IMG/VR virus record: IMGVR_UViG_3300035070_003385
Span: 64,001 to 128,000 of that record
Length of the DNA stretch: 64,000 bases
Reading direction: 5' to 3' (one strand)
From: a virus
Of the stretch, positions 10,165 to 19,513 are shown piece by piece; within the stretch, counting starts at the first letter, position 1; each line of letters opens with the position of its first letter. The notes below the pieces were generated by a model. It made no database searches. It was not told the origin of the DNA and worked only from the letters and a program-made list of their open reading frames with translations. The translations under genes and the position numbers were made by a program.

Positions 10165-10866
10165 ATGAAAAAATATATATTTGATGTTGATGGCACTTTA
10201 ACTCCAAGCCGAGAAAAAATGAACAAAAATTTTGCGATTTGGTTTAGTGTTTTTTGTCAATCACATCATGTTTATTTAGTTACAGGAAGTGATCGCGCTA
10301 AAACTATTGAACAGATTGGTGAATTTATTTTTTTTAATTGTAAACGAGTTTATAATTGTTCCGGCAATGATGTTTACCAAGGCGACCGCAACATAAGAAC
10401 TTCCGAGTGGAAATTACCCAACGATCTTAAATCAAATTTAAATTTATGGCTTAATAAAAGCAAATTTCCTATACGAGCTGGACAACACATAGAAGAAAGA
10501 CCTGGTTCAATTAATTTTAGTATTGTTGGCCGCGGTGCTTCCCAGGAAGAAAGATCGCAGTATGTAAAATGGGATCTAAAAACAAATGAACGTATAAAAA
10601 TATCAAAAAAAATTAATATTCTTTTTCCAAATATAACTGCAAGTGTTGGCGGAGAAACAGGTCTAGATATTTACCCAAAGGGAAATGACAAATCCCAAAT
10701 ACTCAAAGATTTTTCAAGTAAAGATGTTATATATTTCTTCGGTGATAAAATGGATAAAGATGGAAACGATTACCCATTAGCTAAAGAATTGAAACACCCA
10801 AGTAAATCTTTTTGTGTAGATAATTGGGAACATACATTTAAAATTTTAAAGGAGCTTAAAGATTGA
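10165..10866 (+). CDS. HAD-IIB hydrolase, phosphomannomutase-like
   Basis: FDVDGTL, VTGSD, IEERPGSINFS, GGETGLDI, FFGDK...GND. Confidence 0.8.
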   Translation: MKKYIFDVDGTLTPSREKMNKNFAIWFSVFCQSHHVYLVTGSDRAKTIEQIGEFIFFNCKRVYNCSGNDVYQGDRNIRTSEWKLPNDLKSNLNLWLNKSKFPIRAGQHIEERPGSINFSIVGRGASQEERSQYVKWDLKTNERIKISKKINILFPNITASVGGETGLDIYPKGNDKSQILKDFSSKDVIYFFGDKMDKDGNDYPLAKELKHPSKSFCVDNWEHTFKILKELKD

Positions 10867-11279
10867 AAACTGGTATTGTAGCATCATCATTTGATTTACT
10901 ACATTCAGGACATATTATGATGTTAAGAGAAGCAAAGACAAAATGTGATCATTTAATTTGTGCTCTTCAAATAGATCCTAGTGTGGACCGAGATGAAAAA
11001 AATTCACCAATACAAACTATTGTTGAAAGATATACACAACTGAGTGCAGTAAAATATGTTGACGAAATTTTAGTATATCAAACAGAAAAAGATCTTGAAG
11101 ATATATTAGAATTGTATCCAATAGATGTTCGTATATTAGGTGAAGAATATAAAGATAAAGATTTTACAGGGCGTGAAATTTGTAAACGTTTAGGCATTTA
11201 CATTTATTTTAACAAACGAAATCATAGATTTAGCTCCAGCGGTTTAAGAAAAAGAGTTGCGATAAGAGAAACTGTTTGA
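10863..11279 (+). CDS. Cytidylyltransferase (TagD/RfaE-like)
   Basis: SSFDLLHSGH (HxGH), RFSSS. Confidence 0.85.
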   Translation: MKTGIVASSFDLLHSGHIMMLREAKTKCDHLICALQIDPSVDRDEKNSPIQTIVERYTQLSAVKYVDEILVYQTEKDLEDILELYPIDVRILGEEYKDKDFTGREICKRLGIYIYFNKRNHRFSSSGLRKRVAIRETV

Positions 11280-11304
11280 CATTATAATAGAATTAATATA
11301 GAAT
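11276..11304 (+). promoter_or_regulatory. sigma70-type promoter upstream of tilS
   Basis: TTGACA-N17-TAGAAT. Confidence 0.6.
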
Positions 11305-11335
11305 AAAATATCTAAATATTAAAAGGCGAGAAATT

Positions 11336-11968
11336 ATGATTCAATTACAGGGAAAACTCCCACGTAATATTAACGTAGCATGTTCAGGGGGTGTAGACTC
11401 GATGGCCGCTGTAGATTTTTTGAGAAGAAATCATAATGTAAATCTTATGTTTTTTGACCACGGCACTGAGACGTCGGCTGATGCTTTAGAATTTTTACGT
11501 GAATATGTTAATGAAAGGAATAGTGTTTTTAGTGAAACACCAACAGCAACATCTATGACATTAAGCATAGGGCAAATTTGTAATAAAAGAAAAAACAGAG
11601 AGTCAGAAGAAGAATATTGGAGAAACGAAAGATATAATTTCTTTTTTCAAGAATCCTCGCCAGTTATAACATGCCACCACCTAGATGATTGCTTAGAAAC
11701 ATGGATTTGGTCTAGTTTACACGGCGAAGGAAAAATCATTCCATATTCAAACAGAAATGTAATTCGACCGTTTCGATTAAATAAAAAGGCAGAATTGGTA
11801 AATTGGTGTAGGCGCAATAGTGTACCATGGATCGAGGATACGTCAAATGAAGATACAACATATATGAGAAACTTTATACGACACGAAATTATGCAAAAGG
11901 CGCTGATTGTAAATCCCGGGTTACATAAAGTAATTTCTAAAAAAATCAACAAAGATTATAATATTTAA
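11336..11968 (+). CDS. tilS: tRNA(Ile)-lysidine synthetase, catalytic domain only
   Basis: PP-loop SGGVDS, RNERY, HHLDD..ET, IRP, W.ED.SN...Y.RN.IR. Confidence 0.88.
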   Translation: MIQLQGKLPRNINVACSGGVDSMAAVDFLRRNHNVNLMFFDHGTETSADALEFLREYVNERNSVFSETPTATSMTLSIGQICNKRKNRESEEEYWRNERYNFFFQESSPVITCHHLDDCLETWIWSSLHGEGKIIPYSNRNVIRPFRLNKKAELVNWCRRNSVPWIEDTSNEDTTYMRNFIRHEIMQKALIVNPGLHKVISKKINKDYNI

Positions 11969-11990
11969 CCTTTTAAGATATCTTTATTAT

Positions 11991-11998
11991 TATAAATA
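11991..11998 (+). promoter_or_regulatory. T4-type late promoter
   Basis: TATAAATA. Confidence 0.65.
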
Positions 11999-12030
11999 AA
12001 ACTAAACAGAGTCCAAGATGGGTGCAAAAA

Positions 12031-12909
12031 ATGAATAAAAACGAATCAGTTTCAGGTACGTTAAATTATATTGACGACATGACGAATAAAAGAGCGCAGC
12101 GCAAATCTCCTAATATAGTACCACAAAAAAATTCTGTACAAGTTAAAAAAATACAAGCTCCTAGGAATGAATCGATTTCTGCTGCAGAGCCGCATTTAAA
12201 ACAATTTGCTGGTATGCTTAGCGAAGAATTGGCGAATGTAAAAAAATTAAGAGTAGAAGAATTGGAAAAGATTCGTCAAGAAGAATTGGAAAAGATTCGC
12301 TTTGAATATGCTGAAAAAATACGTTTAGAAGAAGAAGCAAAAATACACCAAGAAAAAGAGCGTGAAAGAATTCGTGCCCAGTTGGCTGAGCAAGCTTTTA
12401 TGGAAAAAGAGCGTGAAAGAATTCGTGCAGAATTGCTAGCTGAATTTAAACATACACCACAGCCAGTTTATGAAAACGCACAATATGACTCGTTAAATTT
12501 TGAAAATGTGGAAACAATTGATTTAACCGAAGAACCTATAATAGAAGAAGCAATAAAACAAAACAATATACATGAAGATTATTTAGCAAAACAAAATAAT
12601 TTAGACGAATCGCTATTGATGTTTTCCAATAAAAAACTTGCTAAAACTCAAGTCAATGAGCAAACCGATTTTGTAACATTTGAGGATTTGCAAAAACACT
12701 ATTCAGATTTTATTAACAAAATTAATACACAACTAAGTACTTTAGGTGGAGGCGGTGAAGTTGTTATGCGCGGCCTTGATGATTTGGACATGTCAACTTT
12801 CCAAGATGGTGATTTCGTATCATATGACGCAACTACTGGAAAATTTATCGGTGGTTCAATTACACCAGAAGGTGTAGAAGGCGGTGTTCTTGAAGGTGGC
12901 ACTTATTAA
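12031..12909 (+). CDS. Hypothetical coiled-coil protein, possibly virion-associated
   Basis: Charged repeats (EELEKIR x2, EKERERIRA x2); C-terminal STLGGGGEV...LDDL motif; late promoter. Confidence 0.55.
   Translation: MNKNESVSGTLNYIDDMTNKRAQRKSPNIVPQKNSVQVKKIQAPRNESISAAEPHLKQFAGMLSEELANVKKLRVEELEKIRQEELEKIRFEYAEKIRLEEEAKIHQEKERERIRAQLAEQAFMEKERERIRAELLAEFKHTPQPVYENAQYDSLNFENVETIDLTEEPIIEEAIKQNNIHEDYLAKQNNLDESLLMFSNKKLAKTQVNEQTDFVTFEDLQKHYSDFINKINTQLSTLGGGGEVVMRGLDDLDMSTFQDGDFVSYDATTGKFIGGSITPEGVEGGVLEGGTY
12255..12428. repeat. Intragenic direct repeats (21 bp x2; 26 bp x2)
   Basis: AGAAGAATTGGAAAAGATTCG at 12255 and 12279; GAAAAAGAGCGTGAAAGAATTCGTGC at 12352 and 12403. Confidence 0.85.
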
Positions 12910-12933
12910 AAAATAAAAAAATTATTAATTAAT

Positions 12934-12958
12934 AAAGCCTCGCCTTGCGAGGCTTTTT
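12934..12958 (+). terminator. Rho-independent terminator
   Basis: AAAGCCTCGC-CTT-GCGAGGCTTT followed by T run. Confidence 0.85.
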
Positions 12959-12959
12959 A

Positions 12960-12967
12960 TATAAATA
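12960..12967 (+). promoter_or_regulatory. T4-type late promoter
   Basis: TATAAATA. Confidence 0.65.
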
Positions 12968-13032
12968 TATCATGAACTGAAAAATACTTTTATAATGAAT
13001 ATACAATGTTATATAAATTATAGGAGGTAAAC

Positions 13033-13413
13033 ATGGCTAAAGATAAAGCTAAAACGCTATCTGCAGATTCAATATATGCTCATTTGGATACAGACGGAGA
13101 TGGTGTAATTACAGATGAAGAAATGGCCCGGGCGAAAGAAATCGCTGAATTTGAGCATAGAAAGAAACTTCAAGAAAACGAAGATGCTAAAGAAGATCAA
13201 ATTCGAGCAATGGCGTGGTTTGCACTTTGGGGAATGCTTCTTTATCCAGTTCTTATTTTAATTACGAGTGTAATTGGAATTGACGATGCTGCTTCAATTA
13301 TTGGTGATATTGCGCCAACATATTTTGTAGCAATTGCTGGACTTGTTGCTGCGTTCTTTGGAGCACAAGCATACTCAAAAGGTAAGTCTTCAAGTTCTGA
13401 TGACGACTATTAA
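13033..13413 (+). CDS. Small membrane protein with canonical EF-hand loop
   Basis: DTDGDGVITDEE 12-residue loop; two hydrophobic helices; RBS GGAGG. Confidence 0.7.
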   Translation: MAKDKAKTLSADSIYAHLDTDGDGVITDEEMARAKEIAEFEHRKKLQENEDAKEDQIRAMAWFALWGMLLYPVLILITSVIGIDDAASIIGDIAPTYFVAIAGLVAAFFGAQAYSKGKSSSSDDDY

Positions 13414-13460
13414 ATAAAAATACATTCTATATTGATTTTGTGCAAATGATTTTTTTTTTG

Positions 13461-13489
13461 TTGACATTTGCATAGAATCAGTATAGATT
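13461..13489 (+). promoter_or_regulatory. sigma70-type promoter with GANTC in spacer
   Basis: TTGACA-N17-TAGATT; TAGAATCAG in spacer. Confidence 0.7.
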
Positions 13490-13548
13490 TATATTAATAA
13501 AGTTTAAATCATGAGAATGCACAAGAGTATTCATATTGGGAGTATACG

Positions 13549-15384
13549 ATGGCAAACGAAGAATTTAAAATACTAACAGCAAGAGATCACGTACGTACCC
13601 GTATTGGTATGTACATGGGATCCGCTTCGAAAGAAGAAGTTGAACGGTTTGTACTTGGTGAATGGAAAAAATCTATTTATGTGCCAGCACTATCAAAAAT
13701 GATTGACGAAATATTGGATAACTCAATTGACGAGGCAATCCGAACAAATTTCAAATATGCAAATAAAATCAATGTTTGGGTAGATGGAAACAAAGTAACT
13801 GTTTCAGACAACGGCCGTGGGATCCCACAAGAAAACGTATATGACGAAACCTCGAAAACAAATATACCTCGCCCAGTAGCGGCCTGGACAAAGGTTAACG
13901 CAGGAACTAGCTTCGATGATAACCGTGTTACGATTGGCACAAACGGTGTAGGATCGGCGGCAACCAATTTCTTATCATCTGCATTCGTTGGTAAAACCTG
14001 GCAAAATGGAAACGCTGTTGAGGTTAAATGTAAAACCGGCGCGTTAGATATTAAAGTAAATTCTAATATGAAAGCAGGAAATGGTACTGAAGTATCCTTT
14101 GTTCCTGACTTTTCTTTGTTTGAAGTTGATTCTTTAGAAGAGCTTGATACAATAGCATTACTTGAAGATCGTCTAATCAGTCTCCAAATGGCATTTCCTG
14201 AAATTGCATTTTCCTTTAATAAGAAAAGAATTCGTGTTTCCAATATTAAAAAATATGCTGAAATGTTTACTACAGAAGAAAACGCATCTGTTATAACTGA
14301 TGTATCCAATGACCTTTCGTTTTTCTTTGCATCTTCCGAAGATGGTTTCCGTTCAAACAGTTTTGTGAATGGAGTAAACACTCGACAAGGTGGTGCATAT
14401 GTTGATTTTATTGTAAACAGTATTGTTGAAGAATTGGGAGTATTAATTAAACGCCGCCATAAAATCGAAGTTGCTAGGAACACCATTAAAGGTGGACTAA
14501 CTTTTATTATGTTTGCTCGAAATTTTACAAACCCAAAGTTTGACTCTCAAACTAAAGAACGCCTTACAAATACTGTTGGCAACGTAAAAGAGCATTATGA
14601 AAAATCAGAATCAAAAGAATTTATAAACATAGCAAGAAAAATATTTGCGGCTAACGATATCGTAGAACCAATTATTGAAGCGCAACTTGCTAAGAAATTG
14701 GCAGCAGACAAAAGAGCTGCAACTCTTGCTCAGAAAAAGCTACGTAAAGTAAAGGTAGCAAAACACATTGCTGCAAATTCCTATAATGCAACACTTAAGA
14801 TCGTAGAAGGAGACTCAGCTATGGGGTTCCTACTTAAAGTTAGAGATCCTAATAAAGTTGGAGCTTATCCACTTCGAGGTGTTATTATGAATACCTGGGA
14901 TATGAAACCTGCCGATGTTTTAAAAAATAAAGAACTTAGTGAGTTGGTTGCTGTATTGGGATTAGATATTAATAACCCTAATAGCGTTGACGATATGTCT
15001 TATTCAAATATCGCAACTTTAACTGATGCTGACCATGATGGTATTGGACATATTTCGCCATTACTTATTGCGTTCTTTTATAAATTTTGGCCTCGTCTTT
15101 TAACAGAAAAACGCGTAAACATTACTCGTACTCCTATTATGATTTCAACGAAAGATAAAGACGTGAAATGGTTTTACACATACGAGGATGCTAGTAAATT
15201 TAAAACAGAACATTCTGGTTGGAAGCATCGTTATATTAAAGGTCTAGGTAGTCTTGAAGAATCAGAATATGATAAGATTATTAATCAACCCGTTTATGAT
15301 ACCGTAACAGTCGACGATGCATCTGTATTTCAAATGATGTTTGGTCGCGAGTCTCAGCTTCGTAAAGAATATATGTTTGCATAA
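13549..15384 (+). CDS. 39: DNA topoisomerase II large subunit (gp39+gp60 fused)
   Basis: GHKL EILDNSIDE, DNGRGIP, GTNGVG; TOPRIM VEGDSA, PLRG, DADHDG; YIKGLGSL. Confidence 0.96.
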   Translation: MANEEFKILTARDHVRTRIGMYMGSASKEEVERFVLGEWKKSIYVPALSKMIDEILDNSIDEAIRTNFKYANKINVWVDGNKVTVSDNGRGIPQENVYDETSKTNIPRPVAAWTKVNAGTSFDDNRVTIGTNGVGSAATNFLSSAFVGKTWQNGNAVEVKCKTGALDIKVNSNMKAGNGTEVSFVPDFSLFEVDSLEELDTIALLEDRLISLQMAFPEIAFSFNKKRIRVSNIKKYAEMFTTEENASVITDVSNDLSFFFASSEDGFRSNSFVNGVNTRQGGAYVDFIVNSIVEELGVLIKRRHKIEVARNTIKGGLTFIMFARNFTNPKFDSQTKERLTNTVGNVKEHYEKSESKEFINIARKIFAANDIVEPIIEAQLAKKLAADKRAATLAQKKLRKVKVAKHIAANSYNATLKIVEGDSAMGFLLKVRDPNKVGAYPLRGVIMNTWDMKPADVLKNKELSELVAVLGLDINNPNSVDDMSYSNIATLTDADHDGIGHISPLLIAFFYKFWPRLLTEKRVNITRTPIMISTKDKDVKWFYTYEDASKFKTEHSGWKHRYIKGLGSLEESEYDKIINQPVYDTVTVDDASVFQMMFGRESQLRKEYMFA

Positions 15385-15395
15385 TAATATTGTGA

Positions 15396-15424
15396 TTGAC
15401 ATTTGTATTGTAATGTGTTAGAAT
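15396..15424 (+). promoter_or_regulatory. sigma70-type promoter upstream of gene 52
   Basis: TTGACA-N17-TAGAAT. Confidence 0.6.
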
Positions 15425-15448
15425 AATATAGAATCAGATGAGGATAAT

Positions 15449-16801
15449 ATGAGTATATTAGAATTTACTAAAGACGATGACGCAATGAACAATTATCCAA
15501 TTTCGAAAGTAGCTGCTAACGAATGGTTGAGTTTCGCTATGTATACTGTCGAGTCACGTGCCATTCCTAATATGATAGACGGTCTAAAACCAGTTCAAAG
15601 GTTTTACCTATACAGTTCGTTACTTAATTCAAAAAAGGATTTTAAAAAGGTGTCAGCTGTTGCTGGTATCATATCAGATTACGGATATAATCACGGAGAA
15701 GCTTCAGCTGCCGGCGCAGGTCAATTAATGGCTGCAACATGGAACAATAATGTTTGTCTTATTGAAGGCCGAGGGTCCTTTGGTACACGACTTATTCAAG
15801 AAGCTGGCGCGGCCCGGTATGTATATACTCGAGTCCATGCGAATTTTAGTAAGTACATTAAAGATTTAGAGTTAGCGCCAGTTCATTCTGATCCTGAACA
15901 TGAACCTCCTGCGTTTTATTTGCCAGTTATTCCATTGGTTTTATCAAATGGTACAAAAGGTATTGCTACTGGTTTTGCAACAAACATTTTACCTCGAAGT
16001 GTTGTCTCTCTTTCTCGTGCCTGCGATGAATTCCTTACGAATGGTAATATAGCCAAAAGACTTCCAGTGTCATTTCCAGACTTCAATGGTAGTGTAGAAT
16101 ATGATAAAACTGAGGATAAATACACTGTATTTGGTTGCTTTAAAAAGAAGAGCAAAACGGTATTAGAAATTACTGAAGTACCGTATGGCTTTGACAGAGA
16201 AGGCTATATTAAAGTTTTAGATAAGCTTGAAGATGATGGAGATATCGTATCTTATGAGGATCTTTGCGATAAAACTGGTTTTAAATTCGAAGTTAAATTA
16301 AAACAGACTTCGTCAGCAAACTGGGCAAACTCGAAAATTATTCAAAAGTTTAAGTTAAGTAAGCCACTTACAGAAAACCTAACTGTTATTGATTATGACG
16401 GCAAGCTGCGTGAATATAAAGATGAACGTGAGCTAATTAAAGATTTTTGTAATTATCGACTTATGATCATGAAGAGCAGAATCGAGCTAAGGAAAAAAGA
16501 AGCATCTGAACTTGCTCGTTGGCTAAAAGTAAAAATGCAATTCATTCAAGCTGTCATTGATAATAAAATTGAATTTAAAAATAAAAATAAAAAGCAGGTA
16601 GGAGAACAAATATTGTCTCATACTGATGCAAATAGTAATAGTGATATTGATCGCCTTCTTCGTGTTAACATCATGAGTCTTACTCAAGAAATGGTAGCTG
16701 AATTGAAAAAAGAAATTAAACAGGCCCAGCAAGAGTTTAAATATTGGAAAGAAACTACAGCTGAAGTTCAATTTAAAAATGACTTAGCTGAGATTTCATA
16801 A
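15449..16801 (+). CDS. 52: DNA topoisomerase II medium subunit (gp52)
   Basis: RAIPNMIDGLKPVQR, YNHGE, catalytic AARY. Confidence 0.96.
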   Translation: MSILEFTKDDDAMNNYPISKVAANEWLSFAMYTVESRAIPNMIDGLKPVQRFYLYSSLLNSKKDFKKVSAVAGIISDYGYNHGEASAAGAGQLMAATWNNNVCLIEGRGSFGTRLIQEAGAARYVYTRVHANFSKYIKDLELAPVHSDPEHEPPAFYLPVIPLVLSNGTKGIATGFATNILPRSVVSLSRACDEFLTNGNIAKRLPVSFPDFNGSVEYDKTEDKYTVFGCFKKKSKTVLEITEVPYGFDREGYIKVLDKLEDDGDIVSYEDLCDKTGFKFEVKLKQTSSANWANSKIIQKFKLSKPLTENLTVIDYDGKLREYKDERELIKDFCNYRLMIMKSRIELRKKEASELARWLKVKMQFIQAVIDNKIEFKNKNKKQVGEQILSHTDANSNSDIDRLLRVNIMSLTQEMVAELKKEIKQAQQEFKYWKETTAEVQFKNDLAEIS

Positions 16802-17238
16802 TGTTTTATGTATCATATGATAAACCAAAATCTATTTCAAATAAACTATTAGATAATGCTGTTTCTTTTGCAGCTAACTTTTTAGAAATAGACGGCGAAA
16901 TTGAATTATATTTTGATGGTGAATTTAACGACGGTTGTTACGGTTATTGCGAATATGATCCAGAGGATGAGGAGCTGTCAGTCTATATTGATCCGAAACA
17001 CGATAGGCACGATATCATCACTACGTTTTTTCATGAAATGGTTCATGTTAAACAATACTTAAAAGGAGAATTAGAATCGGGAATTGGAAACAAGCCTTCT
17101 AAATGGAAAGGTAAAGAATATAACGTATCGTACTCTGAAGCTCCTTGGGAGCAGGAAGCGCACGAACTTGAAAAAATAATGTATGACATTTTTAATATCA
17201 TGAAAGGATATACATATGCCCTGGCCTGCGAAAAATAG
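16801..17238 (+). CDS. HExxH zinc metallopeptidase-like protein
   Basis: FHEMVHVKQY...PWEQEA. Confidence 0.7.
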   Translation: MFYVSYDKPKSISNKLLDNAVSFAANFLEIDGEIELYFDGEFNDGCYGYCEYDPEDEELSVYIDPKHDRHDIITTFFHEMVHVKQYLKGELESGIGNKPSKWKGKEYNVSYSEAPWEQEAHELEKIMYDIFNIMKGYTYALACEK

Positions 17239-17307
17239 ACCACGAAAAGGAAGACGTAAAATTGGATCTTCGAAAAGAAAATCAAGAAATCAGCGTAAGA
17301 AAAAATA

Positions 17308-17682
17308 ATGAATATTGTTATAGAATTGAATAAAGAATATATTCAATTGGCTGAAAAGTTTGTGAAGTTCCTGTGTAAGGAGCTTTGCATTATCCCACGT
17401 AATATATTAATAGCAAATTGCGATATTGATGGCAATAATGGAATGTGTATAGATAAAAGCGAAGGGAGCTATATGATTCTTGTGAAGCAAACTGATCGTA
17501 ATATCGGACAAATATTTACTACGATAGCTCATGAAATGATCCATGTAAAACAGTATATGACCCAGGATTTGGGTACTCTTTTAGATGAATACAAAACTGT
17601 TCCATACTTGGACAGATGGTGGGAACAAGAAGCTTTCGACAACTCGGTTTCTTTTGTTGAAAAATTTTCAAAACAAGTGTAA
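17308..17682 (+). CDS. HExxH zinc metallopeptidase-like protein (paralog)
   Basis: AHEMIHVKQY...WWEQEA. Confidence 0.7.
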   Translation: MNIVIELNKEYIQLAEKFVKFLCKELCIIPRNILIANCDIDGNNGMCIDKSEGSYMILVKQTDRNIGQIFTTIAHEMIHVKQYMTQDLGTLLDEYKTVPYLDRWWEQEAFDNSVSFVEKFSKQV

Positions 17683-17704
17683 TTAACTATTGACATTCTC
17701 TTTA
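17669..17704. repeat. 36-bp direct repeat copy 1
   Basis: CAAAACAAGTGTAATTAACTATTGACATTCTCTTTA, identical at 18327-18362. Confidence 0.95.
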
Positions 17705-17746
17705 AAATTAGTTATATTGATATTAACAAATGAAAAGGAATAGATT

Positions 17747-18340
17747 ATGATAGAACAGTGGTTTAGCATACCTATTTTTTATAAAGATTTAGGCACTGCC
17801 AACATTACCGAAGAAGTAAATTTAGCACTAGAAGAAACTGAGATAAACTCTGCACTCGATATGTGGAATGATTCTGTACAAACAAGTTTTACTTATTCCG
17901 ATAATAATCGATTTTTAGAAAAATGCCCAACGTTAACATCGTTAATATACAATAGTGTTTTAGAATATATTGATACGTTTAACTTCGAACACGACAGTAA
18001 AATATGTATTAAAGAATCGTGGGTTAATATTACTGAACGCGGTCAATATCAAAATTACCATATTCATCCATTAAATGATATTTCTGGAGTATTTTATCAT
18101 GAAACAACCGGTGACCCAGACGAAGGGAATATTGTGTTTCAGACTCCGTCGCCAGTAGCAATGAATTCAAGATTGTTTCATAATGAGCATAATCGAATTT
18201 ATTACGCTCCTATAAAAGGTCGATTAATTTTATTCCCAAGTTTCTTAGAACATGCAGTATTACCAAATAAAACTGATAATAAAAGAGTTAGTATTTCTTT
18301 CAACGCAAACTTAGGAGACATTTGGCCAAAACAAGTGTAA
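17747..18340 (+). CDS. 2OG-Fe(II) oxygenase (TIGR02466-like)
   Basis: SWVN, HIH..N.ISGVFY, LILFPSFLEHAV, RVSISFN. Confidence 0.85.
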   Translation: MIEQWFSIPIFYKDLGTANITEEVNLALEETEINSALDMWNDSVQTSFTYSDNNRFLEKCPTLTSLIYNSVLEYIDTFNFEHDSKICIKESWVNITERGQYQNYHIHPLNDISGVFYHETTGDPDEGNIVFQTPSPVAMNSRLFHNEHNRIYYAPIKGRLILFPSFLEHAVLPNKTDNKRVSISFNANLGDIWPKQV

Positions 18341-18362
18341 TTAACTATTGACATTCTCTTTA
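18327..18362. repeat. 36-bp direct repeat copy 2
   Basis: Identical to 17669-17704. Confidence 0.95.
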
Positions 18363-18376
18363 GAATCAGATAGATT
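18348..18376 (+). promoter_or_regulatory. sigma70-type promoter with GANTC in spacer
   Basis: TTGACA-N17-TAGATT. Confidence 0.7.
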
Positions 18377-18387
18377 GTATATATCAA

Positions 18388-18606
18388 ATGGAAAAGGAAC
18401 ATGCCATGAATATGATTAACGGAACAGACAACGCAAAAATTGCATACGGTATGCGCGAAATGGCTCGTACACATAAGAACGATCTTATCTCTGTTAACTT
18501 GGCAAGAGTTGCAGGAAAAGTAGCAGGAAAAGGCGCAGCCTGGGCTGGTTCTCCTATGACTGAAATTGACAATGCAATTGTTAAATATTACTTGGATAAT
18601 AAATAA
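18388..18606 (+). CDS. Hypothetical protein
   Basis: Directly downstream of a promoter and in operon orientation. Confidence 0.6.
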   Translation: MEKEHAMNMINGTDNAKIAYGMREMARTHKNDLISVNLARVAGKVAGKGAAWAGSPMTEIDNAIVKYYLDNK

Positions 18607-18610
18607 TATT

Positions 18611-18874
18611 ATGGAAAACATGGAAAACTTTTTAGGCCTAATTGTTGTATTAGCTTTAATAGGTACTGTTCTTGGAATTGTATTTGGTGTAATTGCGTCA
18701 TTTGTAAAAATAGGAATGCAGCTAGCTCCAATTATCGTGGGAGCTGTCTTAATTCTTTTGTATTACGAATCAAGCACAACAGATTTTAACATTGATAGTC
18801 ACATCAATACAACTACCAAGGTTATCACGGACATTATGAAAAATCAAAATATAACTATTCCAGGATCCGAATAA
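18611..18874 (+). CDS. Small membrane protein
   Basis: Two hydrophobic segments. Confidence 0.55.
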   Translation: MENMENFLGLIVVLALIGTVLGIVFGVIASFVKIGMQLAPIIVGAVLILLYYESSTTDFNIDSHINTTTKVITDIMKNQNITIPGSE

Positions 18875-18875
18875 T

Positions 18876-19031
18876 ATGAAAACGAATACAACGCCGCCAA
18901 AACACCCTGCGGAATATTTAACATATGAGGAATATGTTAATAGTCGGGTTCAGCCAACTGGTTTGCAACTTCAAGTAATACCTAAAACATTATATAATGC
19001 TCTAAGAGATAAAAAACAAAAAGAAGAATAA
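18876..19031 (+). CDS. Hypothetical 51-aa protein
   Basis: MKTNTTPPKHPAEY...KKQKEE; fills the gap between gene and next promoter. Confidence 0.5.
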   Translation: MKTNTTPPKHPAEYLTYEEYVNSRVQPTGLQLQVIPKTLYNALRDKKQKEE

Positions 19032-19038
19032 TTGACTA

Positions 19039-19067
19039 TTGACATTCGTTATGAAATAGTATAGAGT
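19039..19067 (+). promoter_or_regulatory. sigma70-type promoter
   Basis: TTGACA-N17-TAGAGT preceded by ACTA as in the other cassette promoters. Confidence 0.65.
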
Positions 19068-19093
19068 AATTTTATAACAAAAGGAATCACTCT

Positions 19094-19288
19094 ATGACAC
19101 TATACACTAAAAAATCTGAAATTCTTTTTAACTATCTTGTACTTCCTCACTGGGAAAACCGTGGGGATTTCGGTCTTGTGCATCTTGACACTAATGAAAC
19201 AATCTATGAAGGTACCTGTTTTGAGTGCTGGACTTATCTTGCTAAAATCCAACCAAAGTGTCGTTGGTTACAAAAATATGTGAAATAA
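19094..19288 (+). CDS. Hypothetical protein
   Basis: RBS AAGGA; own promoter. Confidence 0.6.
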   Translation: MTLYTKKSEILFNYLVLPHWENRGDFGLVHLDTNETIYEGTCFECWTYLAKIQPKCRWLQKYVK

Positions 19289-19345
19289 CTATTGACATTC
19301 TGTTTAGAATCAGTTATATTAATAGTATAAAGAGAATCAATGGAG
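19286..19345. repeat. 60-bp direct repeat copy 1 (promoter + RBS)
   Basis: TAACTATTGACATTCTGTTTAGAATCAGTTATATTAATAGTATAAAGAGAATCAATGGAG, identical at 19504-19563. Confidence 0.95.
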
Positions 19346-19351
19346 AATAAA

Positions 19352-19513
19352 ATGGAAAATACTGCAACAATGTTTTCAGAAATGTTTCAAGACGTTTCAA
19401 AAGATATCATAGATAACGAATTTCCTATTGAGCAAGAATTTGATGGTATGTTTTGTGCTGAATTTTCAGATCCAATTGTAGATTTAGATTTCGAAACTGA
19501 AATTAACTATTGA
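19352..19513 (+). CDS. Highly acidic 53-aa protein
   Basis: MENTATMFSE...DFETEINY; RBS GGAG; stop lies inside repeat copy 2. Confidence 0.6.
   Translation: MENTATMFSEMFQDVSKDIIDNEFPIEQEFDGMFCAEFSDPIVDLDFETEINY

Noticed and set aside
760-16801. Introns, inteins or homing endonucleases in gp43, UvsW or topoisomerase (also checked td and gp41)
   Set aside because: ORFs are uninterrupted and of normal length; no LAGLIDADG, HNH, GIY-YIG or intein motifs seen
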